Positions 28,233-37,562 of a stretch of 64,000 nucleotides of DNA are shown one piece after another. Where the stretch lies: the NCBI GenBank assembly GCA_965203055.1, contig OZ241863.1, positions 3,648,001-3,712,000 of the forward strand, read 5' to 3'. The stretch comes from Spirochaetia bacterium (lineage in GTDB: Bacteria; Spirochaetota; Spirochaetia; SZUA-6; Bin103). Every line of letters starts with the position of its first letter. Position 1 is the stretch's first letter. The position numbers and the translations under genes are program-made. Below the pieces are notes generated by a model. The model was not told where the DNA came from. It made no database searches and saw only the letters and a list, made by a program, of their open reading frames with translations.

Positions 28233-29254
28233 GGATGACGGCTCCTCCACACCTGCAGGCCGCGGTCGCTGAAGCTGCATTCGACGAACACTCCGCCGGC
28301 CGCCTGCAGCGCATGACGCACCCGATGTTGCTTGGAAGTGGGAACGTACAGGACGAGGTAGCCGCCGCCGCCGGCGCCCGACAGCTTCCCGCCCAGGGCG
28401 CCGTGCCGGAGCGCGATCTCGTACAGCTTGTCCGCGGCGGTGCCCCGGGTCACCTCCGGGTTCATCATCTTCTTGTGCGCGAACCCCTCGTGCAGACCTC
28501 TCCCGAAGCGGTCCAGGTCCTTGTCCAACAACGCTTCCTTCATCCGTTCGACGTCCGCTTGAATGCAGTGCATGCCGTCCACGGTCTCCGTGCGGCCGCG
28601 CTTCAGGAACTCGAGCTGCCGGTCGATCAGTCCCAGGTCGGTGCGTACCTGGCCGACGTAGCAGAGCAGCAGGTGCGCCTCCAGGTCCCGCAGCAGGTCG
28701 CTGTCCAGGTCCAGCGGCACCACCGCCACGCCGCCGGCGCCGAACGTGATGTGGTTGAAGCCGCCGAACGTGGTGGCATACTGGTCCTGCTTGCCGCCCG
28801 CGATCTTGAGCTCGATGCGCTCGATCCGGTAGTTCAGTTCCGCCATCTCGGTGCGGGTCAGCCGGGTGTCGGTGTACGCCGCCAGGGCGCCGATGAGCGC
28901 GGCCGTCACCGCCGAGGACCCGCCGAGGCCGCCCCCGGCCGGGGCGTCCGAGCGAATATCGAGGTCGAAGCCCCGGCCGACCTCGAATTGCGCCGCGGCG
29001 GCCTTCGCCAGGTCCAGCACCCCGTCGTACACCGGTTCTTCGTGCAACCGGTAGTCGACCGCCCAGCCCAGGTCCAGCGACCGAATACTGACCCGCGAAT
29101 CGCTGCGCGGATGCAAGGTGACGTACGCGCTGCGGTCGATGGTGGACGAGAGCACGGCGCCGCCGTACCGCTCGTACCAGTCGGCCAGGTCGGTGCCGCC
29201 GCCCGCAAAGCTGATCCGCAACGGCGCCCTGGCCCTGATCCACCCGTCAGTCAC
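28229..29254 (-). CDS. hddA: D-glycero-alpha-D-manno-heptose-7-phosphate kinase (GHMP)
   Basis: RAPLRISFAGGGTD, GLGGSS, GGKQDQY, GGKLSGAGGGG. Confidence 0.88.
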   Translation of the reverse strand: MTDGWIRARAPLRISFAGGGTDLADWYERYGGAVLSSTIDRSAYVTLHPRSDSRVSIRSLDLGWAVDYRLHEEPVYDGVLDLAKAAAAQFEVGRGFDLDIRSDAPAGGGLGGSSAVTAALIGALAAYTDTRLTRTEMAELNYRIERIELKIAGGKQDQYATTFGGFNHITFGAGGVAVVPLDLDSDLLRDLEAHLLLCYVGQVRTDLGLIDRQLEFLKRGRTETVDGMHCIQADVERMKEALLDKDLDRFGRGLHEGFAHKKMMNPEVTRGTAADKLYEIALRHGALGGKLSGAGGGGYLVLYVPTSKQHRVRHALQAAGGVFVECSFSDRGLQVWRSRHP

Positions 29255-29256
29255 GC

Positions 29257-30252
29257 CTACGCAATCGTCTTCAGCTTCCAGGGATTCTTTTGCAATTCGA
29301 CTATCCAATAGGTATAGAGATCGGTCAAGATTGCATCATAATCTATTCTTGGCTCCCAATTCGTAACCTTCTTGAACTTCTCTACGGACGGAATCTGGTT
29401 GGTTACGTCAGCCGGCCGCAGCAGACTCTCCTTCACCGTTACCTTTACGTTCTTGATATTCGATATCCTTATCAATCTCTGCAACACCTCGCCCACGCTG
29501 ATGGGAATGCTTCCTCCGACGTTATAGGCTTCGCCGGCTGCGCAGCGCCGTTCCGCCAGGTGATATGCCCTGACCATGTCCTTGACGTGCGCCAACACCC
29601 TGACCGAGTCCAGATTGCCTACCTGCACTTCCTTCGAAGAACCGAAGACCTTCATCGCAGCTAGCTGCTTGGCGAACGAAGATTCAAAGAACACGTCTCC
29701 TCGGCCCGGTCCGGTAGTAGTGAAGTTTCTGATTCTGATGGTCCTCGTTCCATAGGAGATGAAGTATTGCAGGAGCGCCATGTCCTGGCCGACCTTGGAT
29801 ACGCCGTAAGGCGAAGATGGTCTGAATTGGCTGTTCTCGGTTATTGGAACTTGATCGGTGTCTCCGTAAACTTCACTGGAGGTAATCCCGACCACCATTG
29901 CGCCACTATTGGTAGACCTTACCGCTTCCAGTAGATTGATCGTTCCATTCACGTTCGTGTCTACTGTGGCAGTCGGCATCGAATAGCTGACGGGAACATA
30001 TGATTGGGCGGCCAAGTGATAGATGACATCCGGTCGTACTTGATCGAGCACCTCATATATTGCCCGAAAATCAGTCAGGTCACCGGTCAGCAGCGTTACC
30101 CTGTCGATGATTCTCCTCAGATTCTCCCTGTTGCTGCGCCACCTCGTCACCCCGAATACTTCACAATTCCGTTCCACCAGATATTCGGCAAGATGGCTTC
30201 CCACAAACCCGGTCACCCCGGTTATCAGTACCTTTGACCTGGAACGATTCAT
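29257..30252 (-). CDS. GDP-mannose/GDP-heptose 4,6-dehydratase (Gmd/DmhA-like)
   Basis: LITGVTGFVGSHL, HLAAQSYV, SSEVYG, SPYGVSK, GNLDSVR; visibly AT-richer than neighbours. Confidence 0.85.
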   Translation of the reverse strand: MNRSRSKVLITGVTGFVGSHLAEYLVERNCEVFGVTRWRSNRENLRRIIDRVTLLTGDLTDFRAIYEVLDQVRPDVIYHLAAQSYVPVSYSMPTATVDTNVNGTINLLEAVRSTNSGAMVVGITSSEVYGDTDQVPITENSQFRPSSPYGVSKVGQDMALLQYFISYGTRTIRIRNFTTTGPGRGDVFFESSFAKQLAAMKVFGSSKEVQVGNLDSVRVLAHVKDMVRAYHLAERRCAAGEAYNVGGSIPISVGEVLQRLIRISNIKNVKVTVKESLLRPADVTNQIPSVEKFKKVTNWEPRIDYDAILTDLYTYWIVELQKNPWKLKTIA

Positions 30253-31550
30253 CTCTGTTGGAGTTGGGTGAAGCGGGTGAAGAAGTCGGGGAAGGTCTTG
30301 GCGGTGCAGCCGGGATCGGTGATGGTGAGGCCGCTGGTGCGCAGGCCGGTGACGGCGAACGCCATGGCGATGCGGTGGTCGTCGTAGGTCTCGACCGCGG
30401 CGCCGCGCGGGGGCGCGGGTTCGATGCGCAGCATGCCGCGGCCCTCTTCTACCGGCACCCCCAGGCGGCGCAGCTCGGTCGCCAGGGCATGGACGCGATC
30501 GGTTTCCTGCAGCCGCGTATGGCCGATGCCGCGGATGGTTACCGGAGCGGCGGCGAACGGCGCGATGGCCGCCAAGGTGGGCGCGGTGTCGCTGATGGCC
30601 GTGAGGTCGGCGTCGATGCCGGCCAGCGCGCGCGGACCCTGCACGGTGACTCCGGCGGGGTCCCACTCGACGCGGCAGCCCATCCGCCGGAGCACCTCCA
30701 GGAATGCCAGGTCGCCCTGCAGCGAATCGCGCCGCAGGCCGGGCACGCGCACGCGCCCGCCGGTCACGGCCGCGGCGGCGAAGAAATAGGAAGCGCTGGT
30801 GGCGTCCGGCTCGATGCTCAGGTCCTGCGCCTGATAGCGCTGTCCGGCGGGGATCGAGAAGCGCCGCCCCTGCTCGGTGACAGCCGCCCCGAACCGGCGC
30901 ATGAGGCGTACCGTCATCGCCACGAACGGCTCCGAGACCAGGTTGCCCTCGACTTCCAGCGTGGTCGCCGCCCGGGCCAGCGGGGCGGCCATCAGCAGCG
31001 CGGAGATCGGTTGGCTGCTGCGCCCGCCGGAGACCTGCAGCGCGCCGCCTGCCAGGCCGCGGCCACAGATGGTGAACGGCATGCGCACCGGCTGCGCGGC
31101 CGCGCTGATGCGCGCGCCCTGCGCGGCCAGGGCGGCGAGCAACTCGTCCATCGGCCGCTCGCGCATGCGGGGCGCGCCGTCCACCGTGTAGCAGCCGGTT
31201 CCAAGCGCGAGCACCGCCGTGAGGAAGCGCGCCGCGGTCCCCGCGTTGCCGACGAACAGGTCGGCGCGCGGCGCCGGCAGCGCGCCGCCGCGGCCCTCCA
31301 CGCTGATCTCGGCGGCGGCGGGGTCCTGCCGGACCTCGATGCCCAGGGCCTGCAGCGCGGCGCCGAAGTAGCGCGTGTCGTCGCTGAACAGGGCGTTGCG
31401 CAGGGTGGAGGTGCCGGCGGCCAGCGCGGCCAAGCACATGGCGCGGTTGGTCAGGCTCTTGGAGCCGGGAACCTGCACCGCGGCGTCGACCGGTCCGCGC
31501 AACGGGATGATGGCCTGGGGCGGCTGGCGTTGATCGGCGGTGTGCGGCAT
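30249..31550 (-). CDS. aroA: 3-phosphoshikimate 1-carboxyvinyltransferase
   Basis: PGSKSLTNRA, GNAGTAARF, RERPM, SSQ, QETDR, DDHRIAMAF, KTFPDFF. Confidence 0.95.
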   Translation of the reverse strand: MPHTADQRQPPQAIIPLRGPVDAAVQVPGSKSLTNRAMCLAALAAGTSTLRNALFSDDTRYFGAALQALGIEVRQDPAAAEISVEGRGGALPAPRADLFVGNAGTAARFLTAVLALGTGCYTVDGAPRMRERPMDELLAALAAQGARISAAAQPVRMPFTICGRGLAGGALQVSGGRSSQPISALLMAAPLARAATTLEVEGNLVSEPFVAMTVRLMRRFGAAVTEQGRRFSIPAGQRYQAQDLSIEPDATSASYFFAAAAVTGGRVRVPGLRRDSLQGDLAFLEVLRRMGCRVEWDPAGVTVQGPRALAGIDADLTAISDTAPTLAAIAPFAAAPVTIRGIGHTRLQETDRVHALATELRRLGVPVEEGRGMLRIEPAPPRGAAVETYDDHRIAMAFAVTGLRTSGLTITDPGCTAKTFPDFFTRFTQLQQR

Positions 31551-31625
31551 GCTGGTTACCCGACCGGAACGCCGTCGCGCGGCGTCCCCGAATCGACATC
31601 GAGCATGGTGCAACAGGAGTAGAAC

Positions 31626-32003
31626 ATGTACAAGACGCCGATTACTTCCGCCCAGGGCGCCCCTCCGGGCGGCCCCTACACCCCCGCGCTGCGCTGGGGA
31701 GACCTGGTGTTCGTATCGGGCCAAGTGGGAGTCGACCCCGCTACCGGCGAGCCGGTCGCCGGCGACTTCGGCGCCGAAGTGCGCCGCGTCCTCGACAACG
31801 TCAAGACCCTGGTAGAGGCCGGGGGCTCCTCCATGGACAAGGTGCTGAAGGTAACCGTCTACCTGACCGACATGGCGCGCTTCGCGGAGATGAACGCCAT
31901 CTACGAGGAATACTTTCCCGAGCCGCGGCCCGCGCGCAGTACGGTGCAGGCCGGGTTGGCGAAGCAGTTCCGGGTCGAGATAGACGTCATCGCCGGCATC
32001 TAA
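31626..32003 (+). CDS. ridA: RidA/YjgF family enamine deaminase
   Basis: GPYTPA, FVSGQV, PRPARSTV, VEIDVIA. Confidence 0.9.
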   Translation: MYKTPITSAQGAPPGGPYTPALRWGDLVFVSGQVGVDPATGEPVAGDFGAEVRRVLDNVKTLVEAGGSSMDKVLKVTVYLTDMARFAEMNAIYEEYFPEPRPARSTVQAGLAKQFRVEIDVIAGI

Positions 32004-32018
32004 GCGCCTATCCTCTCC

Positions 32019-33134
32019 GTGGACCCCACCCGGCACGAGATCCTCTTTGCGGACTCGCGGCGCATGTCCGCGGTCGGCGGCGGCGCGGTCGACCTGGTGG
32101 TGACCTCGCCGCCCTACCCGATGATCGAGCTGTGGGATGAACAGTTCGCCGCCGCGGACCCGCGTATCGCGGCGGCGCTGGCCGATGAAGACGGCGCGCG
32201 CGCCTTCGAGCTGATGCACTCCCGCCTGGACGCGGTGTGGAGCGAATGCCGGCGGGCGCTCCGCCCGGGCGGGCTGGCGTGCATCAACGTCGGCGACGCC
32301 GCGCGCACGATCGGCGGCGAGTTCCGGCTGTTCTCCAACCACAGCCGCATTCTGCAAGCGCTGGCAAAGCTGAACTTTTCGATCTTGCCCGACATCCTGT
32401 GGCGCAAGCCGACCAACGCTCCAAACAAGTTCCTCGGCTCCGGCATGCTCCCGGCGGGCGCCTACGTCACCTACGAGCATGAGTACATCCTGATCGCGCG
32501 CAACGGCGCCCCCCGGACGTTCGCAACGGCGGCCGAGAAGGAGCGCCGGCGGCGGAGCGCCTTTTTTTGGGAAGAACGCAATACCTGGTTTTCGGACGTC
32601 TGGATCGACTTGGCGGGGACCAGCCAGCTCCTGGGCGACCTGCCGTTCGATAACCGGCCAGTGCGCGCGCGGAGCGCCGCCTTTCCATTCGAGCTGCCGT
32701 ATCGGCTGATTCAGATGCACTCGGTAATCGGCGACACGATCCTGGATCCGTTTCTGGGAACCGGCACCACTACCGCCGCCGCGCTGGCAAGCGGCCGCTC
32801 CAGCATCGGTTTCGAGATCGAGCGCGGCCTCGAACAATCGATCCGCAACTCCGTCGCCGCGGCCGTCCCGTTCGGCCGCGAGAACGCGCAACGCCGGCTG
32901 GCGGCGCATCTTGACTTCGTGCGGTCCCGAGAGCAGGCCGGACGACCGTGCCGGCACCTCAACCGCCACTACGGCTTCCCGGTGGTAACGGGCCAGGAGA
33001 CCGCCCTGCAACTGATCGCGCCCTGCGAGCCGGTGTCGGCAACCGGCACCTCCTTCTCCGCCGAGCACGAACCGGCACCGCTTCCGACGCAGGAAGAATC
33101 TCACCCCGAACTGCCGTTCGCCGGCATCTCATGA
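32019..33134 (+). CDS. Site-specific DNA methyltransferase, beta class (N4-cytosine or N6-adenine)
   Basis: VTSPPY before ILDPFLGTGTT; AAFPFELPYRLI. Confidence 0.9.
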   Translation: MDPTRHEILFADSRRMSAVGGGAVDLVVTSPPYPMIELWDEQFAAADPRIAAALADEDGARAFELMHSRLDAVWSECRRALRPGGLACINVGDAARTIGGEFRLFSNHSRILQALAKLNFSILPDILWRKPTNAPNKFLGSGMLPAGAYVTYEHEYILIARNGAPRTFATAAEKERRRRSAFFWEERNTWFSDVWIDLAGTSQLLGDLPFDNRPVRARSAAFPFELPYRLIQMHSVIGDTILDPFLGTGTTTAAALASGRSSIGFEIERGLEQSIRNSVAAAVPFGRENAQRRLAAHLDFVRSREQAGRPCRHLNRHYGFPVVTGQETALQLIAPCEPVSATGTSFSAEHEPAPLPTQEESHPELPFAGIS

Positions 33135-34435
33135 ATCGGCACGACTTGGCGGCTCTGATCCGCTCAGGGGAGAACTCCGGAGTGGAGTTCAAACGGGACG
33201 ATCTGCGGCCGGAACGAATCGCCCGAGAGATCGCTGCGCTGCTCAACCTGGAGGGCGGCCACATTCTCCTTGGAGTGGAGGACGACGGCACGATCGCCGG
33301 CCTCGCCCGTGACCGGCGCCGGGTCGAGGAGTGGATCATGGAGGTCGCCCGCAGCCACGTGCGCCCGGCAACGATTCCCTACTGGGAAACGGTGGAATGG
33401 CGCGCCGGGGTAGTCGTAGGCGTCGTATCGCTCCCCGCGGACGCGCCGGACAAACCCTACAAGGCGAAACGAGGTTCCGCCTGGATCACGCAGATGCGCG
33501 CCGGGACAACCACGCGCGACGCCACCGACGAAGAGGAGGTGCGCCTCTACCAGCAGTCGGGGCGGCTGCAGTATGACCGCAAGCCGGTGCCGGGGACCTC
33601 GTTCGCCGATCTCGACCTTCGCCGCCTGCTCAACTACTTCCGCGACCTGCGCCAGCAGGACCATCCGGCAGTGGAAGACGCGAGCTCATGGACCCGGCTG
33701 CTGGTGAACACGGAGCTCATGATCGAGAGCCGCGGCCGGGCGCTGGCGAGCGCGGCGGGACTGCTCTTGTTCGGCGCCCATCCCAACCGCTATCTGCCGC
33801 ATGCGGGGGTTAGCGCGGGCGCTTACGCGGGAACCGAAAAGGACTACCACGCCAAGGAGCGGGCGACGGTGCGCGGGCCGGTGGTGTCGCTGGGATTCCA
33901 GCGCACGCCGGCGGACGGGACGCGCTATCCCAGGCTGCCGCGCAGCTTCTCCGACAGCACCGCGTCCAGCGAGGCGGGCGTCATCGAGCGAACGCTCGAC
34001 TTCGTGCGCCGCAACATCGCCTTGGAAGCATGGATCGACCGCGGCGGGCGCCGGCAGGAACACTGGGAGTATCCGCTGGAAGCGGTACGCGAGGCAGTAG
34101 TGAACGCCGTCGTCCATCGCGACTACACGATAACGGTAAGCGACGTCGAGCTTTCGATCTACGCCGACCGCATGGAGATCATCTCCCCCGGCCGGCTGCC
34201 CAACACGGTCACGGTCGCGAAGATGCGCGCCGGCTACCGCGCCACGCGTAACGAACTGGTGAAGGAGGTGTTGCGCGACTACCGCTACGTCGAGGCTACC
34301 GGCCTGGGGGTACCGCGCCAGATCGTACGCGGCATGCGCGAACACAACGGCACCGACCCGGATCTGATTGAGCAGGACGATCGCTTCATGGTCCGGCTGT
34401 GGAAGCAGCCGCCGGACGCGCGAGAGCCGCGGTAG
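33131..34435 (+). CDS. AlbA_2 (Schlafen) domain + HATPase_c_4 protein
   Basis: GENSGVEFKRD, ALLNLEGGHILLGVEDDG, AVREAVVNAVVHRDY, SPGRLP, RN, GLG; ATGA-coupled to MTase. Confidence 0.85.
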   Translation: MNRHDLAALIRSGENSGVEFKRDDLRPERIAREIAALLNLEGGHILLGVEDDGTIAGLARDRRRVEEWIMEVARSHVRPATIPYWETVEWRAGVVVGVVSLPADAPDKPYKAKRGSAWITQMRAGTTTRDATDEEEVRLYQQSGRLQYDRKPVPGTSFADLDLRRLLNYFRDLRQQDHPAVEDASSWTRLLVNTELMIESRGRALASAAGLLLFGAHPNRYLPHAGVSAGAYAGTEKDYHAKERATVRGPVVSLGFQRTPADGTRYPRLPRSFSDSTASSEAGVIERTLDFVRRNIALEAWIDRGGRRQEHWEYPLEAVREAVVNAVVHRDYTITVSDVELSIYADRMEIISPGRLPNTVTVAKMRAGYRATRNELVKEVLRDYRYVEATGLGVPRQIVRGMREHNGTDPDLIEQDDRFMVRLWKQPPDAREPR

Positions 34436-34473
34436 GGGTCACGTTCCGGTGTCCCGGTGCCGGCGCGCTCTCG

Positions 34474-35754
34474 TCAGGTGACGTGGATGAGCTGCTCGCG
34501 GCGGGGACCGACCGAGATCCAGCGCACCGGTATGCCGGCCGCGGTCTCGATCGCGCGCACGTAGGAACGGGCCGCGGGCGGCAGATCGTCGAACCGGCGC
34601 GCCGCGCTGACGTCGCACTTCCAGCCCGGCAGGGTTTCGTACACCGGACGCGCCCGCTCCAGCACCGCGGTGGCCGGAAAGTCCTGCCGCCGGGCGCCGT
34701 CCACCTCGTAGGCAACGCACACCGGAATGCGGTCCAGGTAGCCGAGCACGTCCAGCAGGGTGACCGCCAGCTCGCTGGCGCCCTGCACCAGGCAGCCGTA
34801 GCGGGTGGCCACGGCGTCGAACCAGCCGACCCGCCGCGGGCGCCCGGTGGTGGCGCCGTACTCGCCGGCATCGCCGCCGCGTTCGCGCAGCTCGTCGCCG
34901 CAGGGGCCGGTCAGGTCGGTGACGAAGGGGCCGGCGCCGACACACGACGAGTACGCCTTGACGGTGGCCACCACCCGCTCGATGGCGCGCGCCGGCAGGC
35001 CGGCGCCGACCGCGGCGAAGCCGGCCAGCGGCGACGACGAGGTGGTGTAGGGGTAGATGCCGTGGTCGGGGTCGCGCAACGCTCCGAGCTGGCCTTCGAG
35101 CAGAATGCGTTTGCCTTCCCGCAGCGCCGCCTGCAGCAGCGCGGTGGAGTCGACCACCAGCTCGCGCACCTGCGCGCCGCCGGCCAGCAGTTCTTCGACC
35201 AGCGGTTCCAGGCGCAGCGGGGCGCAGCCGTAGAGGTGTTCCAGCAGGACGTTGGTACGCGGCAGGAGTTGCCGCAGGCGCCGGCGCAGGTGGTCGGCCT
35301 GGAACAGCTCGCCCACCTGGATCCCCACCTTGAGGTACTTGTCGGCGTAGAACGGCGCCATGCCGGACTGGGTGGAGCCGAACTTCGCCGCGCCGCGGCG
35401 CGCTTCCTCGAGGCGGTCCAACTGCACGTGGTACGGCAGCACCACCTGGGCGCGCTCGGCAATCAGCACGCGCGGATTGGGAGCCCCGCGGGCGCGCAGC
35501 CCGGCGAGCTCCTGCTGCAGCGCCGCCACGTCGACGCCCACGCCGGGACCCAGCAGGTTGGTGGTGTGGGCGTGGAACACCCCGCACGGGACCAGGTGCA
35601 GGGCGAACTTGCCGTACCGGTTGATCACGGTGTGGCCGGCGTTGCGGCCGCCCTGATAGCGGATCACCAGGTCGGAAGATTCCGCCAGGTAGTCGCACAG
35701 CTTGCCCTTGCCCTCGTCACCCCAGTTGGCGCCGACCACGGCCGTTACCGGCAT
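34474..35754 (-). CDS. purA: Adenylosuccinate synthetase
   Basis: WGDEGKGK, YPYTTSS, GEYGATTGRPRRVGWFD. Confidence 0.96.
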   Translation of the reverse strand: MPVTAVVGANWGDEGKGKLCDYLAESSDLVIRYQGGRNAGHTVINRYGKFALHLVPCGVFHAHTTNLLGPGVGVDVAALQQELAGLRARGAPNPRVLIAERAQVVLPYHVQLDRLEEARRGAAKFGSTQSGMAPFYADKYLKVGIQVGELFQADHLRRRLRQLLPRTNVLLEHLYGCAPLRLEPLVEELLAGGAQVRELVVDSTALLQAALREGKRILLEGQLGALRDPDHGIYPYTTSSSPLAGFAAVGAGLPARAIERVVATVKAYSSCVGAGPFVTDLTGPCGDELRERGGDAGEYGATTGRPRRVGWFDAVATRYGCLVQGASELAVTLLDVLGYLDRIPVCVAYEVDGARRQDFPATAVLERARPVYETLPGWKCDVSAARRFDDLPPAARSYVRAIETAAGIPVRWISVGPRREQLIHVT

Positions 35755-37562
35755 CGCATACTCCTCAGCGCCGCGCCGTTTGCCGCCGCGGCCGCCGGCG
35801 CAGCGTCAGCGGCGGGCGCGCCGGCGCGCGCTGCGCCCCGGTGGGCGATGCAGGCGGCTACGAAGCCGCGGAACAACGGGTTGGGCCTGCCGGGGCGGCT
35901 GGTGAACTCGGGGTGGTACTGCACGCCGATGAAGAAGGGATGGTCCGGCAGCTCGGCGACCTGCATGATCGGCTGCTCGGGGGCCCAGCCGGAAAACACC
36001 ATCCCGCCGTTCTCGAACACTTCGCGGTACAGCGGATTCAACTCGTAACGGTGGCGGAAGCGTTCGCCCGCTTGCTGCGCCGCGTACAGCTCCGCCACTC
36101 GCGATCCCGCCTGCAGGGCCACGACGCGGCGCCCGAGGCGCATGGAGCCGCCAATGCCTTCGATCTCGTACTGTTCCGGCAGCAGACACACCACCGGATG
36201 AGGGGTGTCGACGGCGTTCTCGGTAGTATTGGCGGCCGGCAGGTCGCAGCATTCGCGGGCGTACTCCACCATGGCCGCCTGAAAGCCGTAGCAGATACCC
36301 AGCAGCGGCAGCCGGCTGGTGCGGGCATGGGTGATGCAGGCGATCTTGCCCTCCCAGCCGCGCCGCCCGAAGCCGCCGGGGACGATCAGGCCATCCAGCC
36401 CTTCGAGGTGACTGGCCGCGGCGGCCAGTTGCTCGGCGCGCCCGCCCGCCTCCTGCACCGCATCCGAGGACACGTCCACCACCTCGACCGCCGCCCCGCA
36501 GGCGCAGCCGGCGTGCTCCAGAGCGCTGCGAATGCTGGCGTAGGTATCGCGCGGTCCCAGGTACTTGCCGGCCAGTCCCACCACCACGCGCTCGCTGGCG
36601 CTGCGGAGCCGGCGCAGGTAGCTCTCGAAGTCGAACTGCTCTCGGCGCTGCCGCGGCGCCCGCCGCGGCAGCTTGAGGTAGTCCACCGCCAGCTCGTCGA
36701 CGTGCTGCGCCGCCAGATGGCGGGGAACCTGATAGACCGACTTCTGGTTGTGCAGATCGATCACGCTGCGCTCCGGCAGGCGCAGGCGCTGCGCCAGCTT
36801 GCGCAGCACGCCGTCAGCCACCGGATTCTCGCAGCGGCACACCAGCACGTGCGGCTTGATGCCCATCTGCATCAACATCTGGGTGCCGTGCTGGGCCGCC
36901 TTGCTCTTCTGCTCGTTCAGATGGGAAGCCTCGATGATCCACGCCAGATTGATGAAGAACACCTTGCGTTCGCCTTCCTGGTAGGCGAGCTCGCTCATCG
37001 CCGAGATGTAGGGCCGGTTCTCCTCGTCGCCGACGGTGCCGCCGATTTCCACCAGGGTGATGTCAGCCTCGCAGGCCAGCGACGACTCGCGCACGAAGCG
37101 AATCACTTCCCCGGTTACGTGAGGGTAGAACTGCACGTCGGAGCCGGAGAACTGCCCGCTGCGCTCCAGCTCGTTGATGCGCCGCGCCAGGCGCCCGTTG
37201 GTAAAGATATTGTGCTCCGACAGGTTCTTGTCCACGAACCGTTCGTAGGTGCCTATGTCCAGGTCGCACTCGGTGCCGTCATCCAGCACGAACACCTCGC
37301 CATGGCGGAACGGGCTCAGGGTGCCGGCATCCTCGTTGAAGTAACCATCCATCTTGATCAGGTTGGTACGGTAACCGCGCTCCTCCAGGAGCACCGCCAG
37401 ACCGGCGGAGAACACGCCCTTGCCGAGTCCGCTGATGACGCTCCCGGTAATGATGATGAACCGGGTCTGGCCGGGCCGATAGCCGGTCGGCTGAATCGAG
37501 TACTCCTCGCCGGGATCGGAACGGTCGCTCAGGGCCAGCAGCGTGTCAGGAATCCGCGTCAT
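35745..37562 (-). CDS. pyrG: CTP synthase
   Basis: ITGSVISGLGKG, HGEVFVLDDGTECDLD, GICYG, ERFRHRYE, QYHPEF. Confidence 0.95.
   Translation of the reverse strand: MTRIPDTLLALSDRSDPGEEYSIQPTGYRPGQTRFIIITGSVISGLGKGVFSAGLAVLLEERGYRTNLIKMDGYFNEDAGTLSPFRHGEVFVLDDGTECDLDIGTYERFVDKNLSEHNIFTNGRLARRINELERSGQFSGSDVQFYPHVTGEVIRFVRESSLACEADITLVEIGGTVGDEENRPYISAMSELAYQEGERKVFFINLAWIIEASHLNEQKSKAAQHGTQMLMQMGIKPHVLVCRCENPVADGVLRKLAQRLRLPERSVIDLHNQKSVYQVPRHLAAQHVDELAVDYLKLPRRAPRQRREQFDFESYLRRLRSASERVVVGLAGKYLGPRDTYASIRSALEHAGCACGAAVEVVDVSSDAVQEAGGRAEQLAAAASHLEGLDGLIVPGGFGRRGWEGKIACITHARTSRLPLLGICYGFQAAMVEYARECCDLPAANTTENAVDTPHPVVCLLPEQYEIEGIGGSMRLGRRVVALQAGSRVAELYAAQQAGERFRHRYELNPLYREVFENGGMVFSGWAPEQPIMQVAELPDHPFFIGVQYHPEFTSRPGRPNPLFRGFVAACIAHRGAARAGAPAADAAPAAAAANGAALRSMRCR

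Noticed and set aside
30249..33104. Apparent 951-aa AroA fusion, plus long N-terminal extensions on the dehydratase, pyrG, acyltransferase, hddC, fba and AKR ORFs
   Set aside because: Extensions overlap other real genes and are low-complexity; internal starts with stop/start coupling explain them.
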